A DNA stretch of 64,000 nt, taken from NCBI GenBank assembly GCA_964016885.1, contig OZ024763.1, positions 14,570,001 to 14,634,000 on the forward strand, written 5' to 3'. Positions 32,005 to 47,222 of the stretch are shown piece after piece. Both the position numbers and the translations under genes were made by a program. The notes under the pieces are model-generated. The model was not told the DNA's origin, made no database searches, and was given only the letters and a program-made list of their open reading frames with translations. Within the stretch, counting starts at the first letter, position 1; every line of letters starts with the position of its first letter. This stretch comes from Eledone cirrhosa (Eukaryota).

Positions 32005-32535
32005 ATAGCCGTTTTGGAAGCCTTAACAATGCAGATGGGTAAATCTCCGGGTAACAGAATCGGGTGGTAATGAGCGAGAGCGAGAGAGAGAGATAGATAG
32101 AGAGAGATGTAAGAGGAAGCGTAGAAAGAGACATAGAGAGCCGTAAAGAAACGTAGGAAAGGTGTGAAAATAATAACACGTTGTACGCACATGGTAAACA
32201 GCGGAGGCCACGTGTTGTCCCTCTCCGACATAACTTTTTCCCACCGGAAAACCCCCAGTTGATGGATGCGAAATCCGAAATATACGGACTATTAAATCAC
32301 TTCCAAGGTAACTCTATCTCGTGTTGTTATTTTTTACACTTTACAAAATAAAGTACCAGTAATGCACTGGATAATTGCTGGTCTTGTGCCAAAAGTAGAA
32401 ACAATTATTTTTTACACTTTTCCTACGCTCTCTACGTCTATTTCTACGCTTCCTCTTACATCTCTCTCATTACCAACTGATTCTGTTTCCCGGTGGTTTA
32501 CGCATCTGCATTGTTGAGGCTTCCAAAACGACTAT
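32005..32535. mobile_element. Fold-back element with ~150-bp inverted arms, interrupted by a truncated SINE
   Basis: 32005-32175 is complementary to 32320/32405-32535; a SINE 3' end at 32343-32404 sits between 16-bp direct repeats. Confidence 0.6.
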
Positions 32536-32734
32536 ATATATATATAATACAATATGTTGAAAAGGTAACACACTAGAGAGAGAGAGTGCGCCATCAATCA
32601 AACAGGGAAAAACTACCAGTGTATGGAATCTATAACCTTTTCAACATATTGTATTATAAAGAGCTCGGGATTCCTTCTCCTTTGAACACATTACTGACAG
32701 GGAATAGCGAGAGTCTATGGCTCCGTTAATTTAT

Positions 32735-32774
<40 letters not shown>

Positions 32775-33077
32775 CATACAAAGGTGACGAATTGACAGAG
32801 TTATTAGAACGGTCAGATAGAATGCTTTGTGGTTTTTCTTCCGCCTCTCTGTTTAAATCCTGTCGAGGTCGTCTTTGCTATTTATCCATTCGAGGTCGAT
32901 AAATAAAGTTCCAATAAAGTACTGGAGTCGATTCTTCCTCTATACCTCTTTCTAATTCCTTCTCCCACACTGTATCATTCTCTTGAAGACATTTGCTGTG
33001 TTCAGACCTGGAAAGATGAGGTCTGCTAGTTTTTAAAATGCCCCAGCAACGTGTGTGTGTGTGAGTGTGTGAGTGTG

Positions 33078-33139
<62 letters not shown>

Positions 33140-34372
33140 TGTGTGTGTGAGTGTGTATATATATTAGAATAGATTTTCGAATCTAATTACAAAGTGCACC
33201 AAAACAATTTTATTTGTTCTAAAATGCGCCGTGATTACAAGAAAAAAAGAAAACATAATAATTTGGGGACCACTGATCAAGAGTGGCTACTATTTTATTG
33301 CCACCCTTCCCACAAAACATCACATCCCCTCCCACAAGATGTCATAATCCTCTCTCACATGACCTTGCAGCCCATCACACAGGCCGTCGCGCGGCCCCTC
33401 ACACAAAACGCTGCCGGTCCACCCACAAAACACTGCTGCTCCACCCACAAGACACCAAGACCCGCAAGACGTCAAGACGCCTCCCACAAGATGTCACGAC
33501 CTCGCCCACTGCTGCTCCACTCTCATGACGTCACATCCCCTCCCGTAAGACAGCACTATGTAATTATTCAGTTGTATCTACGTGGTCAACCTCCCCCCCC
33601 CCCTCCTCCCATTACAATACAATAATACTTTAGTCTTCCTTCAAACCAGTGCATTCCCCGCCTCACCCCGTTATCATCCTCCGGAGTAACTAACATATTC
33701 ACCACTTCGTCAGCCGTGGTACCACGAAGCAGAATCTATCTGATATTTTGCAAAAGGACATGAGATGGTAACTTTAGAGCAGCTCTTTCCGTGGACCTTC
33801 CTCACTATCCTCCGAGGTAATAAACACATATGTAATTCTGTTCACAGGAAACACTGGTCAACCAACATCCGTCTGGCGTTTTCTTCTTGTTTTTTTTTTT
33901 TTTTTTTTTTTTTAAATGACAAACAACTCTCGAAGGGCAAACAATTATACTATCTCTGACTACAGAGGTGACAACCCTACAAACTACAGGACCAATCACA
34001 TATTTTTCTAACCCCTACAAGACCCTAAGATTGACGCGAAGCAAGGCTTAACACCGCTTTTGATATAAACTTCTACTTTACGAACTGAAAGATGGCTGCT
34101 GGGACTCATGTCGGTGGAGAGACTAATTACTGATAAACAAAACAATGATAGAAGATTGTGGACTGAAACACACGGTTGTACACACTGGCTGGTGCAGACT
34201 ATTTTTAAAAAAAGCGAATGACAATGTATCGCATTCATGTATCTGTGAGTTAATGGTGGTGTATAGTCACCATTGGTTATAGAATTCTGAAAAAGTAACA
34301 TTCTAAAAATGGAGAACAAACTTATATAAAAACAACAAGAAAGAAACAATGTAAAAATTTGGTTGTTTATAC

Positions 34373-34552
34373 CAGGCAGTGGGCCGCATAAGATATGGTC
34401 CATCATAAGGCGGGTCGCATAGGATGTTGCACATCATAAAACGGCCGCATAGAATGAGGTTCATCATAAGACGAACCGCACTACTTTAAGGCAATTTTGA
34501 AATTAGGTGTGCCATTCAGAAAGCCAAATGGGCCGCAATTTGCCCATGACTG
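34373..34552. mobile_element. hAT (Charlie-like) non-autonomous DNA transposon remnant
   Basis: Termini caggca...tttgcccatgactg, repeated ggccgca subterminal motifs and an imperfect 8-bp TSD gtttatac/gtttagaa. Confidence 0.55.
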
Positions 34553-34610
34553 GTTTAGAATGTCATTATGTTTATATTGTTAAAAACGAACCATAAATTC
34601 TTATTCTTAC

Positions 34611-34770
34611 CTCATTTCAGAAGTCTTCATCCTCAGCCCACAACAATAACACACCATACACACTAGAACACAAACTTCTTCCATTTTCCCGCTAAAGACA
34701 CGATGACACGCCACAATGGCCTCAGTATTTCGAAGACGAAGACGAAGATGACAACGCCGTCGCCATTTTA
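34611..34770 (-). other. Candidate first exon of a minus-strand gene
   Basis: YY1-type AAAATGGCG at the 5' end and a strong donor ATGAG|GTAAGA at 34610. Confidence 0.55.
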
Positions 34771-34830
34771 AAAAAAAAAAAAAAAAAAAAATCATTCGCC
34801 GCAGTGTGTTGTAAATATGGCGGAGACGGC
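34755..34830. promoter_or_regulatory. Compact bidirectional promoter candidate
   Basis: Divergent ATGGCG/YY1 motifs (CGCCATTTT 34761-69; ATGGCGG 34817-23) around an A22 tract; locally CpG-rich. Confidence 0.55.
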
Positions 34831-34910
34831 GCGTGGCGAAAACAAAGTTTCACAAATTTCGTGACTGCTTGAAAGGAATTTGAATCGTGGATGTTGGTCA
34901 CCTGAAATAG
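34805..34910 (+). other. Candidate first exon of a plus-strand gene
   Basis: AAATATGGCGG start region and donor AG|GTGAGG at 34911. Confidence 0.5.
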
Positions 34911-35197
34911 GTGAGGAGGAGGAGGACGACGATAATTAGAATGGAAAATAATAATTGAATGAAAAACAATTATCAATAAATAAATAATAGATAAAAAAAA
35001 TAAATAAATAATAAATAAACAAATAATAAAATTACAAAAAAAGATAATGAAAAAAGAAACCCGTATGTAAGACAATATGATGAATTATTTGAACTTTTAG
35101 AAAAGAGATTTAAAGTATTTTTTTGTTTGATTGTGAAAGTTATCTGCTGCTGCTGCTGGTTAATTTATCTGTTTGTCAGCTTTGTGGTTTGTTTTCT

Positions 35198-36325
35198 AGG
35201 AGAGAGAGGGGGTGAGGGAGAGAGAGGGGGAGAGAGAGGGGGTGAGAGAGGGGGTGAGAGAGGGGGTGAGGGAGATGGAGGGGAGAGAGAGGGGGTGAGG
35301 GAGAGAGAGGGGGTGAGGGAGATGGAGGGGAGAGAGAGGGGGTGAGGGAGATGGAGGGGAGAGAGAGGGGGTGAGGGAGATGGAGGGGAGAGAGAAGGGG
35401 TGAGGGAGATAGAGGGGTGAGAGAGGGAGATAGAGGGGAGAGAGAGGGGGTGAGGGAGAGAGAGGGGGTGAGGGAGAGAGAGGGGTGAGAGGGGGTGAGA
35501 GAGAGGGGGTGAGGGAGAGGGGGTGAGGGAGAGGGGGTGAGGAAGAGGGGGTGAGGAAGAGGGGGTGAGGGAGAGGGAGGGAGAGGGAGGGAGATAGAGA
35601 GGGAGAGAGAGTGTGAGGGAGAGAGAGGGAGAGAGGGAGATAGAGGGGGGAGTGGGAGATAGAGAGGGGGAGAGAGGTAGATAGAGAGATAGAGAGAGAG
35701 AGTGTGTGTATGTAAGTGATAGAGAATGTGTGTCTGTGAAAGAGAGAGAGAGAAATAGTGTGTGGTATGCGAACGTATATGTGAGAGATAGAGAGAGAGT
35801 CAGGGAAATAGAGAGGGGGAGAGTGCGACAGAGAGAGAGACGAGTAAATAGAGAGGGGGAGAGTGTGCTAGAGAGGAGGAGAGTGTGCGAGAGAGGGGGA
35901 GAAGGGAAAGTGAATGAGAACTGATGAAAGATTGATGAAAGAAAGAAAGAGAAAGAGAGGGGAGGAGGGGGGAGGGGGAGATTGGGGAGGGGAGGCAGAG
36001 ATAGAGTGGGGGGAGACAGATATAGAGAGAGAGTGGGGGGAGACAGACATAGAGAGAGTGGGGGAGAGAGAGAGTGAGGGGGTGAGTGTGTGTGGGTGGG
36101 TGGGAGAGAGAGAGAGAGAGGGGGGAGAGTGTGTGTGGGTGGAGAGAGAGTGGGAGAGAGAGAGAGAGTGGGAGAGAGAGAGAGTGGGGGAGGGAGAGAG
36201 AGAGAGTGGGGGAGAGAGAGAGAGAGAGTGGGAGAGAGAGAGAGTGGGGGAGGGAGAGAGAGAGAGTGGGGGAGAGAGAGAGAGAGAGTGGGAGAGAGAG
36301 AGAATGCAAGAAAGAAAGAAAAAGA
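35198..36325. repeat. Polypurine (GA/GGGA)-rich tract
   Basis: Direct reading. Confidence 0.9.
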
Positions 36326-36769
36326 CATTTAATCTGGAATAAAAATTATTTTTCTAATTGTGAAAGCAACAAAGTTTTATATTTATTCTTGGCTGTTGTT
36401 GTTGGTGATGTTATTGACACTGTTGTTGTTGTTGCTGCTGCTGCTGCTGCTGGTGGTGGTGTTGGTGGTGGTGGTGTTGGTGGCTGTGGTTGCGATGGTG
36501 GCGGTGTTGGTGGCGGTGTTGGTGGCGGTGTTGGTGGCGGTGGTATTGATGATATTGGTGGTGGCAGTGGTGCTGCGGATGACCGGAAGTTGATGCCACT
36601 ATTCTTGTCACGGAAATAAGAGTTCCAGTAAAGGTGGTTAGTGGTAAGTTAACGATGGAGGAAACCAGAGGATCCCGGGTTCCATTCACGCCTGGGGACG
36701 TCTTCACCTACTTTCATGTATATTCGGGAAGATCCGTGATAGAATAAATACAACACATGGACAGACAGC

Positions 36770-37775
36770 AGTGGGTATATAGCCGAGTAGATGGTACATC
36801 TGGTGAGATAGCAGTGGTGAGTGACAGATGTACCCATGTGGAGTATATAGCTGGGGGGATGGTACATCTGGTGAGATAGCAGTGGTGAGTGACAGATGTA
36901 CCAATGTGGAGTATATAGCTGGGTGGATGGTACATCTGGTGAGATAGCAGTGATGGGTGACAGATGTACCCATGTGGGGTATATGGCCGGGTAGATGGGA
37001 CATCTGGTGAGATAGCAGCGACGAGTGACAGATTTTGCAGGCGTGGGTACATGAGGGGGTAGATGGGACATCTGGTGGCAGTCATAAGTGACAGATGTAG
37101 GCAGCTGTGGGGTTATGAGAGGGTAGATGGGACATCTGGTGGCAATCATAAGTGACAGATGTAGGGAGGTGCGGGTGTATGAGAGGGTAGATGGGACATC
37201 TGGTGGCAGTCATAAGTGACAGATGTAGGGAGGTGTAGATGTATGAGAGGGTAGATGGGACATCTGGTGGCAGTCATGAGTGACAGATGTAGGGAGGTGT
37301 GGGTGTATGAGAGGGTAAAAGGGACATCTGGTGGCAGTCATAAGTGACAGATGTAGGAAGGTGTGGATGTATGAGAGGGTAAATGGGACATCTGGTGGCA
37401 GTCATAAGTGACAGATGTAGGGAGGTGTGGATGTATGAGAGGGTAGATGGGACATCTGGTGGCAGTCATAAGTGACAGATGTAGGCAGGTGTGGGTGTAT
37501 GAGAGGGAAGGTGGGACATCTGGTGGCAGTCGTAAGTGACAGATGTAGGCAGGTGTGGGTGTATGAGAGGGTGATTGGGACATCTGGTGGCAGTCGTAAG
37601 TGACAGATGTAGGGAGGTGTGGGTGTGTGAGAGGGTAGATGCGACATCTGGTGGCAGTCATAAGTGACAGATGTAGGCAGGTGTGGGTGTATGAGAGGGT
37701 AAATGGGACATCTGGTGTAATAGCAGTGTCTAGTGACACATGTACCCACGTGTGGGTAGATATAACATCTGGAGA
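36770..37775. repeat. ~62-64-bp minisatellite (agatgggacatctggtggcagtcataagtgacagatgt...)
   Basis: About 16 tandem units, with two sequence variants. Confidence 0.93.
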
Positions 37776-37999
37776 TAACACTCGTTATAAACAGATCTAT
37801 ACACATGAACACACGTATATATAATGTATATACAACCAGACATATGCATACATAGGCACACCCAAAACACATACACGCACTCACACAATACACAAATAAA
37901 AACACACACACACACACTCACAATACTTATATACATACATTCACTTACATGATACACATATGTACACACGCTTATATAATATATATATATACCTACATA

Positions 38000-38910
38000 C
38001 ACTCACAATACACATATACATACACACACTCACAATACACATATACATACACACGTTCACAATACATATATACATACACACATTCACAATACATATATAC
38101 ATACACACATTCACAATACATATATACATACACACATTCACAATACATATATACATACACACATTCACAATACATATATACATACACACACATTCACAAT
38201 ACATATATATACATACACACACATTCACAATACATATATATACATACACACACATCCACAATACATATATACATACACACACATCCACAATACATATATA
38301 CATACACACACATCCACAATACATATATACATACACACACATCCACAATACATATATACATACACACACATCCACAATACATATATACATACACACACAT
38401 CCACAATACATATATACATACACACACATCCACAATACATATATACATACACACACATCCACAATACATATATACATACACACACATCCACAATACATAT
38501 ATACATACACACACATCCACAATACATATATACATACACACACATCCACAATACATATATACATACACACACATCCACAATACATATATACATACACACA
38601 CATCCACAATACATATATACATACACACACATCCACAATACATATATACATACACACACATCCACAATACATATATACATACACACACATCCACAATACA
38701 TATATACATACACACACATCCACAATACATATATACATACACACACATCCACAATACATAAATACATACACACACATCCACAATACATAAATACATACAC
38801 ACACATCCACAATACATAAATACATACACACACATCCACAATACATGTATACATACACACGTTCACAATACATATATACATACACACACACACACATTCA
38901 CAATACATAG
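38000..38910. repeat. 27-29-bp minisatellite (cacaatacatatatacatacacacacatc)
   Basis: Direct reading. Confidence 0.95.
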
Positions 38911-38970
38911 ATACACTCACGCAATACACATATACATACGCGCACCCCCCCCCCCCCCACACACACACAC

Positions 38971-39003
<33 letters not shown>

Positions 39004-39540
39004 CACACTCACCCAATACATATGTAGATACACACACACAAGCACTACGTAGATATATATGTAGATACAAGCACACACACCGAAGCACTGCGTACATATA
39101 TATGTAGATACACACACCCAGGCACTACGTACATACATATATACATACACACTTACATAATACACGTATTTATGCATGCAAACACACACAGCACATACAT
39201 ATACACACACAAGCACCACATATATACATACGCAGGGTCACGTAATTCAATTTCACACACACAATTACACACACACACGCTCGCGCACACACGCACACAC
39301 ATGCACTAGCAATATATACACTATGCAGACATTCCAAATACATACATACACCTATTCATACAACACACACTACGCGGATACATTCACAATACATACACAA
39401 ATCCCCCCCTCCACACACACACACACACACACCACTAACCCTCCCCCTCACACGCACACACTCACCCATACACACACACAACACACACACACATACAACA
39501 CACACAAGACACGCAAACATGCATACTACATGCACGTAAC

Positions 39541-41419
39541 ATCAAATTTCTGCGGACAACAGAAATGTTAGCAAGGTAAGGGAGATCACTCTAATGTCAC
39601 AATCTGACGTAACCTATCTCCCTTATGTGAGTCAGCTTTACATGAAAGTTGGGTGATCCAAAGGGAGGTCACTCTCATTTGACTAATATTTCTAGAATGA
39701 AATTTTGGTCCTGAATATAATCTTGGTTCAGTTAGGTTCAGTAAGATAGCCAGTTACAGTGTGTGTTCTACACCATAGTCAGTTACAGTGTGTGTTCTAC
39801 ACCATAGCCAGTTACAGTGTGTGTTCTACACCATAGCCAGTTACAGTGTGTGTTCTACACCATAGCCAGTTACAGTGTGTGTTCTACATCATAGCCAGTT
39901 ACAGTGTGTGTTCTACATCATAGCCAGTTACAGTGTGTGTTCTACATCATAGCCAGTTACAGTGTGTGTTCTACACCATAGTCAGTTACAGTGTGTGTTC
40001 TACATCATAGTCAGTTACAGTGTGTGTTCTACATCATAGCCAGTTACAGTGTGTGTTCTACACCATAGCCAGTTACAGTGTGTGTTCCACATCATAGCCA
40101 GTAACTCTGTGTTCCACATCATAGCCAGTTACTCTGTGTGTTCCACATCATAGCCAGTTACAGTGTGTGTTCTACACCATAGCCAGTCACCGTGTGTGTT
40201 CGACATCAGAGCCAGTCACTGTGTGTGTTCGACATCAGAGCCAGTCACTGTGTGTGTTCGACATCAGAGCCAGTTACAGTGTGTGTTCTACACTATAGCC
40301 AGTTACAATGTGTGTTCTACATCATAGCCAGTCACTGTGTGTGTTCTACACCATAGCCAGTTACAGTGTGTGTTCTACATCATAGCCAGTTACAGTGTGT
40401 GTTCTACATCATAGCCAGTTACAGTGTGTGTTCTACATCATAGCCAGTTACAGTGTGTGTTCTACACCATAGTCAGTTACAGTGTGTGTTCTACATCATA
40501 GTCAGTTACAGTGTGTGTTCTACACTATAGCCAGTTACAGTGTGTGTTCTACACCATAGCCAGTTACAGTGTGTGTTCCACATCATAGCCAGTAACTCTG
40601 TGTTCCACATCATAGCCAGTTACTCTGTGTGTTCCACATCATAGCCAGTTACAGTGTGTGTTCTACACCATAGCCAGTCACCGTGTGTGTTCGACATCAG
40701 AGCCAGTCACTGTGTGTGTTCGACATCAGAGCCAGTCACTGTGTGTGTTCGACATCAGAGCCAGTTACAGTGTGTGTTCTACACTATAGCCAGTTACAAT
40801 GTGTGTTCTACATCATAGCCAGTCACTGTGTGTGTTCTACACCATAGCCAGTTACAGTGTGTGTTCTACATCATAGCCAGTTACAGTGTGTGTTCTACAT
40901 CATAGCCAGTTACAGTGTGTGTTCTACACCATAGTCAGTTACAGTGTGTGTTCTACATCATAGTCAGTTACAGTGTGTGTTCTACACTATAGCCAGTTAC
41001 AGTGTGTGTTCTACACCATAGCCAGTTACAGTGTGTGTTCCACATCATAGCCAGTAACTCTGTGTTCCACATCATAGCCAGTTACTCTGTGTGTTCCACA
41101 TCATAGCCAGTTACAGTGTGTGTTCTACACCATAGCCAGTTACAGTGTGTGTTCCACATCATAGCCAGTAACTCTGTGTTCCACATCATAGCCAGTTACT
41201 CTGTGTGTTCCACATCATAGCCAGTTACAGTGTGTGTTCGACATCAGAGCCAGTCACTGTGTGTGTTCGACATCAGAGCCAGTCACTGTGTGTGTTCTAC
41301 ATCATAGCCAGTCACTATGTGTGTTCGAGATCATAGCCAGTCACTATGTGTGTTCGAGATCATAGCCAGTTACAGTGTGTGTTCTGCCTTATAGCCAGTT
41401 GCGCTAAACAACGTTACAC

Positions 41420-41458
<39 letters not shown>

Positions 41459-42911
41459 TCAAACACGCACACTCAAATCACATCAAATTTCTGCGGACAA
41501 CAGAAATGTTAGCAAGGTAAGGGAGATCACTCTAATGTCACAATCTGACGTAACCTATCTCCCTTATGTGAGTCAGCTTTACATGAAAGTTGGGTGATCC
41601 AAAGGGAGGTCACTCTCATTTGACTAATATTTCTAGAATGAAATTTTGGTCCTGAATATAATCTTGAACAAAAATATGACATTAGGTTCCGTAACATAGC
41701 CTGTTACAGTGTGTGTTCTACACCATAGCCAGTTACAGTGTGTGTTCTACACCATAGCCAGTTACAGTGTGTGTTCTACACCATAGCCAGTTACAGTGTG
41801 TGTTCTACACCATAGCCAGTTACAGTGTGTGTTCTACACCATAGCCAGTTACAGTGTGTGTTCTACACCATAGCCAGTTACAGTGTGTGTTCTACACCAT
41901 AGCCAGTTACTGTGTGTGTTCTACACCATAGCCAGTTACAGTGTGTGTTCTACACCATAGCCAGTTACAGTGTGTGTTCTACACCATAGCCAGTTACAGT
42001 GTGTGTTCTACACCATAGCCAGTTACAGTGTGTGTTCTACACCATAGCCAGTTACAGTGTGTGTTCTACACCATAGCCAGTTACAGTGTGTGTTCTACAC
42101 CATAGCCAGTTACAGTGTGTGTTCTACACCATAGCCAGTTACAGTGTGTGTTCTACACCATAGCCAGTTACTGTGTGTGTTCTACACCATAGCCAGTTAC
42201 AGTGTGTGTTCTACACCATAGCCAGTTACAGTGTGTGTTCTACACCATAGCCAGTTACAGTGTGTGTTCTACACCATAGCCAGTTACGGTGTGTGTTCTA
42301 CACCATAGCCAGTTACAGTGTGTGTTCTACACCATAGCCAGTCACAGTGTATGTTCTACATCATAGCCAGTTACAGTGTGTGTTCCCCATCATAGCCAGT
42401 TACAGTGTGTGTTCTACACCATAGCCAGTTACAGTGTATGTTCTACATCATAGCCAGTTACAGTGGGTGTTCTACACCATAGCCAGTTACAGTGTGTGTT
42501 CCACATCATAGCCAGTAACTCTGTGTTCCACATCATAGCCAGTTACTCTGTGTGTTCCACATCATAGCCAGTTACTCTGTGTGTTCCACATCATAGCCAG
42601 TTACAGTGTGTGTTCTACACCATAGCCAGTCACCGTGTGTGTTTGACATCAGAGCCAGTCACTGTGTGTGTTCGACATCAGAGCCAGTCACTGTGTGTGT
42701 TCGACATCAGAGCCAGTTACAGTGTGTGTTCTACACTATAGCCAGTTACAATGGGTGTTCTACATCATAGCCAGTCACTGTGTGTGTTCTACATCATAGC
42801 CAGTCACTGTGTGTGTTCTGCATCATAGCCAGTCAATATGTGTGTTCGAGATCATAGCCAGTTACAGTGTGTGTTCTGCCTTATAGCCAGTTGCGCTAAA
42901 CAACGTTACAC

Positions 42912-42949
<38 letters not shown>

Positions 42950-44299
42950 AACACACACACATACATTCAAACACGCCCACTCAAATCACATCAAATTTCT
43001 GCGGACAACAGAAATGTTAGCAAGGTAAGGGAGATCACTCTAATGTCACAATCTGACGTAACCTATCTCCCTTATGTGAGTCAGCTTTACATGAAAGTTG
43101 GGTGATCCAAAGGGAGGTCACTCTCATTTGACTAATATTTCTAGAATGAAATTTTGGTCCTGAATATAATCTTGAACAAAAATATGACATTAGGTTCCGT
43201 AACATAGCCTGTTACAGTGTGTGTTCTACACCATAGCCAGTTACAGTGTGTGTTCTACACCATAGCCAGTTACAGTGTGTTCTACACCATAGCCAGTTAC
43301 AGTGTGTGTTCTACACCATAGCCAGGTACAGTGTGTGTTCTACACCATAGCCAGTTACAGTGTGTGTTCTACACCATAGCCAGTTACAGTGTGTGTTCTA
43401 CACCATAGCCAGTTACAGTGTGTATTCTACACCATAGCCAGTTACAGTGTGTATTCTACACCATAGCCAGTTACAGTGTGTGTTCTACACCATAGCCAGT
43501 TACGGTGTGTGTTCTACACCATAGCCAGTTACAGTGTGTGTTCTACACCATAGCCAGTTACAGTGTGTGTTATACACCATAGCCAGTTACTGTGTGTGTT
43601 CTACACCATAGCCAGTTACAGTGTGTGTTCTACACCATAGCCAGTTACAGTGTGTGTTCTACACCATAGCCAGTTACAGTGTGTGTTCTACACCATAGCC
43701 AGTTACGGTGTGTGTTCTACACCATAGCCAGTTACAGTGTGTGTTCTACACCATAGCCAGTCACAGTGTATGTTCTACATCATAGCCAGTTACAGTGTGT
43801 GTTCCCCATCATAGCCAGTTACAGTGTGTGTTCTACACCATAGCCAGTTACAGTGTATGTTCTACATCATAGCCAGTTACAGTGGGTGTTCTACACCATA
43901 GCCAGTTACAGTGTGTTCCACATCATAGCCAGTAACTCTGTGTTCCACATCATAGCCAGTTACTCTGTGTGTTCCACATCATAGCCAGTTACAGTGTGTG
44001 TTCTACACCATAGCCAGTCACCGTGTGTGTTTGACATCAGAGCCAGTCACTGTGTGTGTTCGACATCAGAGCCAGTCACTGTGTGTGTTCGACATCAGAG
44101 CCAGTTACAGTGTGTGTTCTACACTATAGCCAGTTACAATGGGTGTTCTACATCATAGCCAGTCACTGTGTGTGTTCTACATCATAGCCAGTCACTGTGT
44201 GTGTTCTGCATCATAGCCAGTCAATATGTGTGTTCGAGATCATAGCCAGTTACAGTGTGTGTTCTGCCTTATAGCCAGTTGCGCTAAACAACGTTACAC

Positions 44300-44355
<56 letters not shown>

Positions 44356-45722
44356 TACATTCAAACACGCCCACTCAAATCACATCAAATTTCTGCGGAC
44401 AACAGAAATGTTAGCAAGGTAAGGGAGATCACTCTAATGTCACAATCTGACGTAACCTATCTCCCTTATGTGAGTCAGCTTTACATGAAAGTTGGGTGAT
44501 CCAAAGGGAGGTCACTCTCATTTGACTAATATTTCTAGAATGAAATTTTGGTCCTGAATATAATCTTGAACAAAAATATGACATTAGGTTCCGTAACATA
44601 GCCTGTTACAGTGTGTGTTCTACACCATAGCCAGTTACAGTGTGTGTTCTACACCATAGCCAGTTACAGTGTGTTCTACACCATAGCCAGTTACAGTGTG
44701 TGTTCTACACCATAGCCAGGTACAGTGTGTGTTCTACACCATAGCCAGTTACAGTGTGTGTTCTACACCATAGCCAGTTACAGTGTGTGTTCTACACCAT
44801 AGCCAGTTACAGTGTGTATTCTACACCATAGCCAGTTACAGTGTGTATTCTACACCATAGCCAGTTACAGTGTGTATTCTACACCATAGCCAGTTACAGT
44901 GTGTGTTCTACACCATAGCCAGTTACGGTGTGTGTTCTACACCATAGCCAGTTACAGTGTGTGTTCTACACCATAGCCAGTTACAGTGTGTGTTATACAC
45001 CATAGCCAGTTACTGTGTGTGTTCTACACCATAGCCAGTTACAGTGTGTGTTCTACACCATAGCCAGTTACAGTGTGTGTTCTACACCATAGCCAGTTAC
45101 AGTGTGTGTTCTACACCATAGCCAGTTACGGTGTGTGTTCTACACCATAGCCAGTTACAGTGTGTGTTCTACACCATAGCCAGTCACAGTGTATGTTCTA
45201 CATCATAGCCAGTTACAGTGTGTGTTCCCCATCATAGCCAGTTACAGTGTGTGTTCTACACCATAGCCAGTTACAGTGTATGTTCTACATCATAGCCAGT
45301 TACAGTGGGTGTTCTACACCATAGCCAGTTACAGTGTGTTCCACATCATAGCCAGTAACTCTGTGTTCCACATCATAGCCAGTTACTCTGTGTGTTCCAC
45401 ATCATAGCCAGTTACAGTGTGTGTTCTACACCATAGCCAGTCACCGTGTGTGTTTGACATCAGAGCCAGTCACTGTGTGTGTTCGACATCAGAGCCAGTC
45501 ACTGTGTGTGTTCGACATCAGAGCCAGTTACAGTGTGTGTTCTACACTATAGCCAGTTACAATGGGTGTTCTACATCATAGCCAGTCACTGTGTGTGTTC
45601 TACATCATAGCCAGTCACTGTGTGTGTTCTGCATCATAGCCAGTCAATATGTGTGTTCGAGATCATAGCCAGTTACAGTGTGTGTTCTGCCTTATAGCCA
45701 GTTGCGCTAAACAACGTTACAC

Positions 45723-45784
<62 letters not shown>

Positions 45785-47139
45785 TACATTCAAACACGCC
45801 CACTCAAATCACATCAAATTTCTGCGGACAACAGAAATGTTAGCAAGGTAAGGGAGATCACTCTAATGTCACAATCTGACGTAACCTATCTCCCTTATGT
45901 GAGTCAGCTTTACATGAAAGTTGGGTGATCCAAAGGGAGGTCACTCTCATTTGACTAATATTTCTAGAATGAAATTTTGGTCCTGAATATAATCTTGAAC
46001 AAAAATATGACATTAGGTTCCGTAACATAGCCTGTTACAGTGTGTGTTCTACACCATAGCCAGTTACAGTGTGTTCTACACCATAGCCAGTTACAGTGTG
46101 TTCTACACCATAGCCAGTTACAGTGTGTGTTCTACACCATAGCCAGTTACAGTGTGTGTTCTACACCATAGCCTGTTACAGTGTGTGTTCTACACCATAG
46201 CCAGTTACAGTGTGTGTTCTACACCATAGCCAGTTACAGTGTGTGTTCTACACCATAGCCAGTTACAGTGTGTGTTCTACACCATAGCCAGTTACTGTGT
46301 GTGTTCTACACCATAGCCAGTTACAGTGTGTGTTCTACACTATAGCCAGTTACTGTGTGTGTTCTACACCATAGCCAGTTACAGTGTGTGTTCTACACCA
46401 TAGCCAGTCACAGTGTATGTTCTACATCATAGTCAGTTACAGTGTGTGTTCCCCATCATAGCCAGTTACAGTGTGTGTTCTACACCATAGCCAGTTACAG
46501 TGTATGTTCTACATCATAGCTAGTTACAGTGGGTATTCTACACCATAGCCAGTTACTGTGTGTTCCACATCATAGCCAGTTACAGGGTGTGTTCCACATC
46601 ATAGCCGGTTACAGTGTGTGTTCGACATCATAGCCAGCTACTGCGTGTGTTCTACATCATAGTCAGTTACAGTGTGTGTTATACATCATAGCCAGTTACT
46701 GTGTGTTCTACACCGTAGCTAGTTACAGTATGTGTTCTACATCATAGCCAGTTACTGTGTGTGTTCTACATCATAGCCAGTTACAGGATGTGTTCGACAT
46801 CATAGCCTGTTACTGTGTGTCTTCTACATCATAGCCAGTTACTGTGTGTGTTCGACATCATAGCCAGTTACAGTATGTGTTCTACAAAATAACCAGTTAC
46901 TGTGTGTGTTCGACATGATAGCCAGTTACTGTATGTGTTCGACATGATACCCAGCTATAGTGTGTGTTCTACATCATAGCCAGTTACAGTATGTGTTCGA
47001 CATCATAGCCAGTTACAGTGTATGTTCTACATGATATCCCGTTACTGTATGTGTGTTCAACAACATAGCGAGTTGCGATATACAACGTTACACTTTACGA
47101 GAAAAATTCAAATCGGACACATCACCACACACAGACACG

Positions 47140-47222
<83 letters not shown>

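Noticed and set aside
39655-39725. Resemblance of the cassette to U17/SNORA73 (GGGAGGTCACTCTC, ATATTTCTA) or to the U3 5' end on the minus strand
   Set aside because: Motif spacing is wrong, and the m2 (AAACCAT) and C/D boxes are missing.
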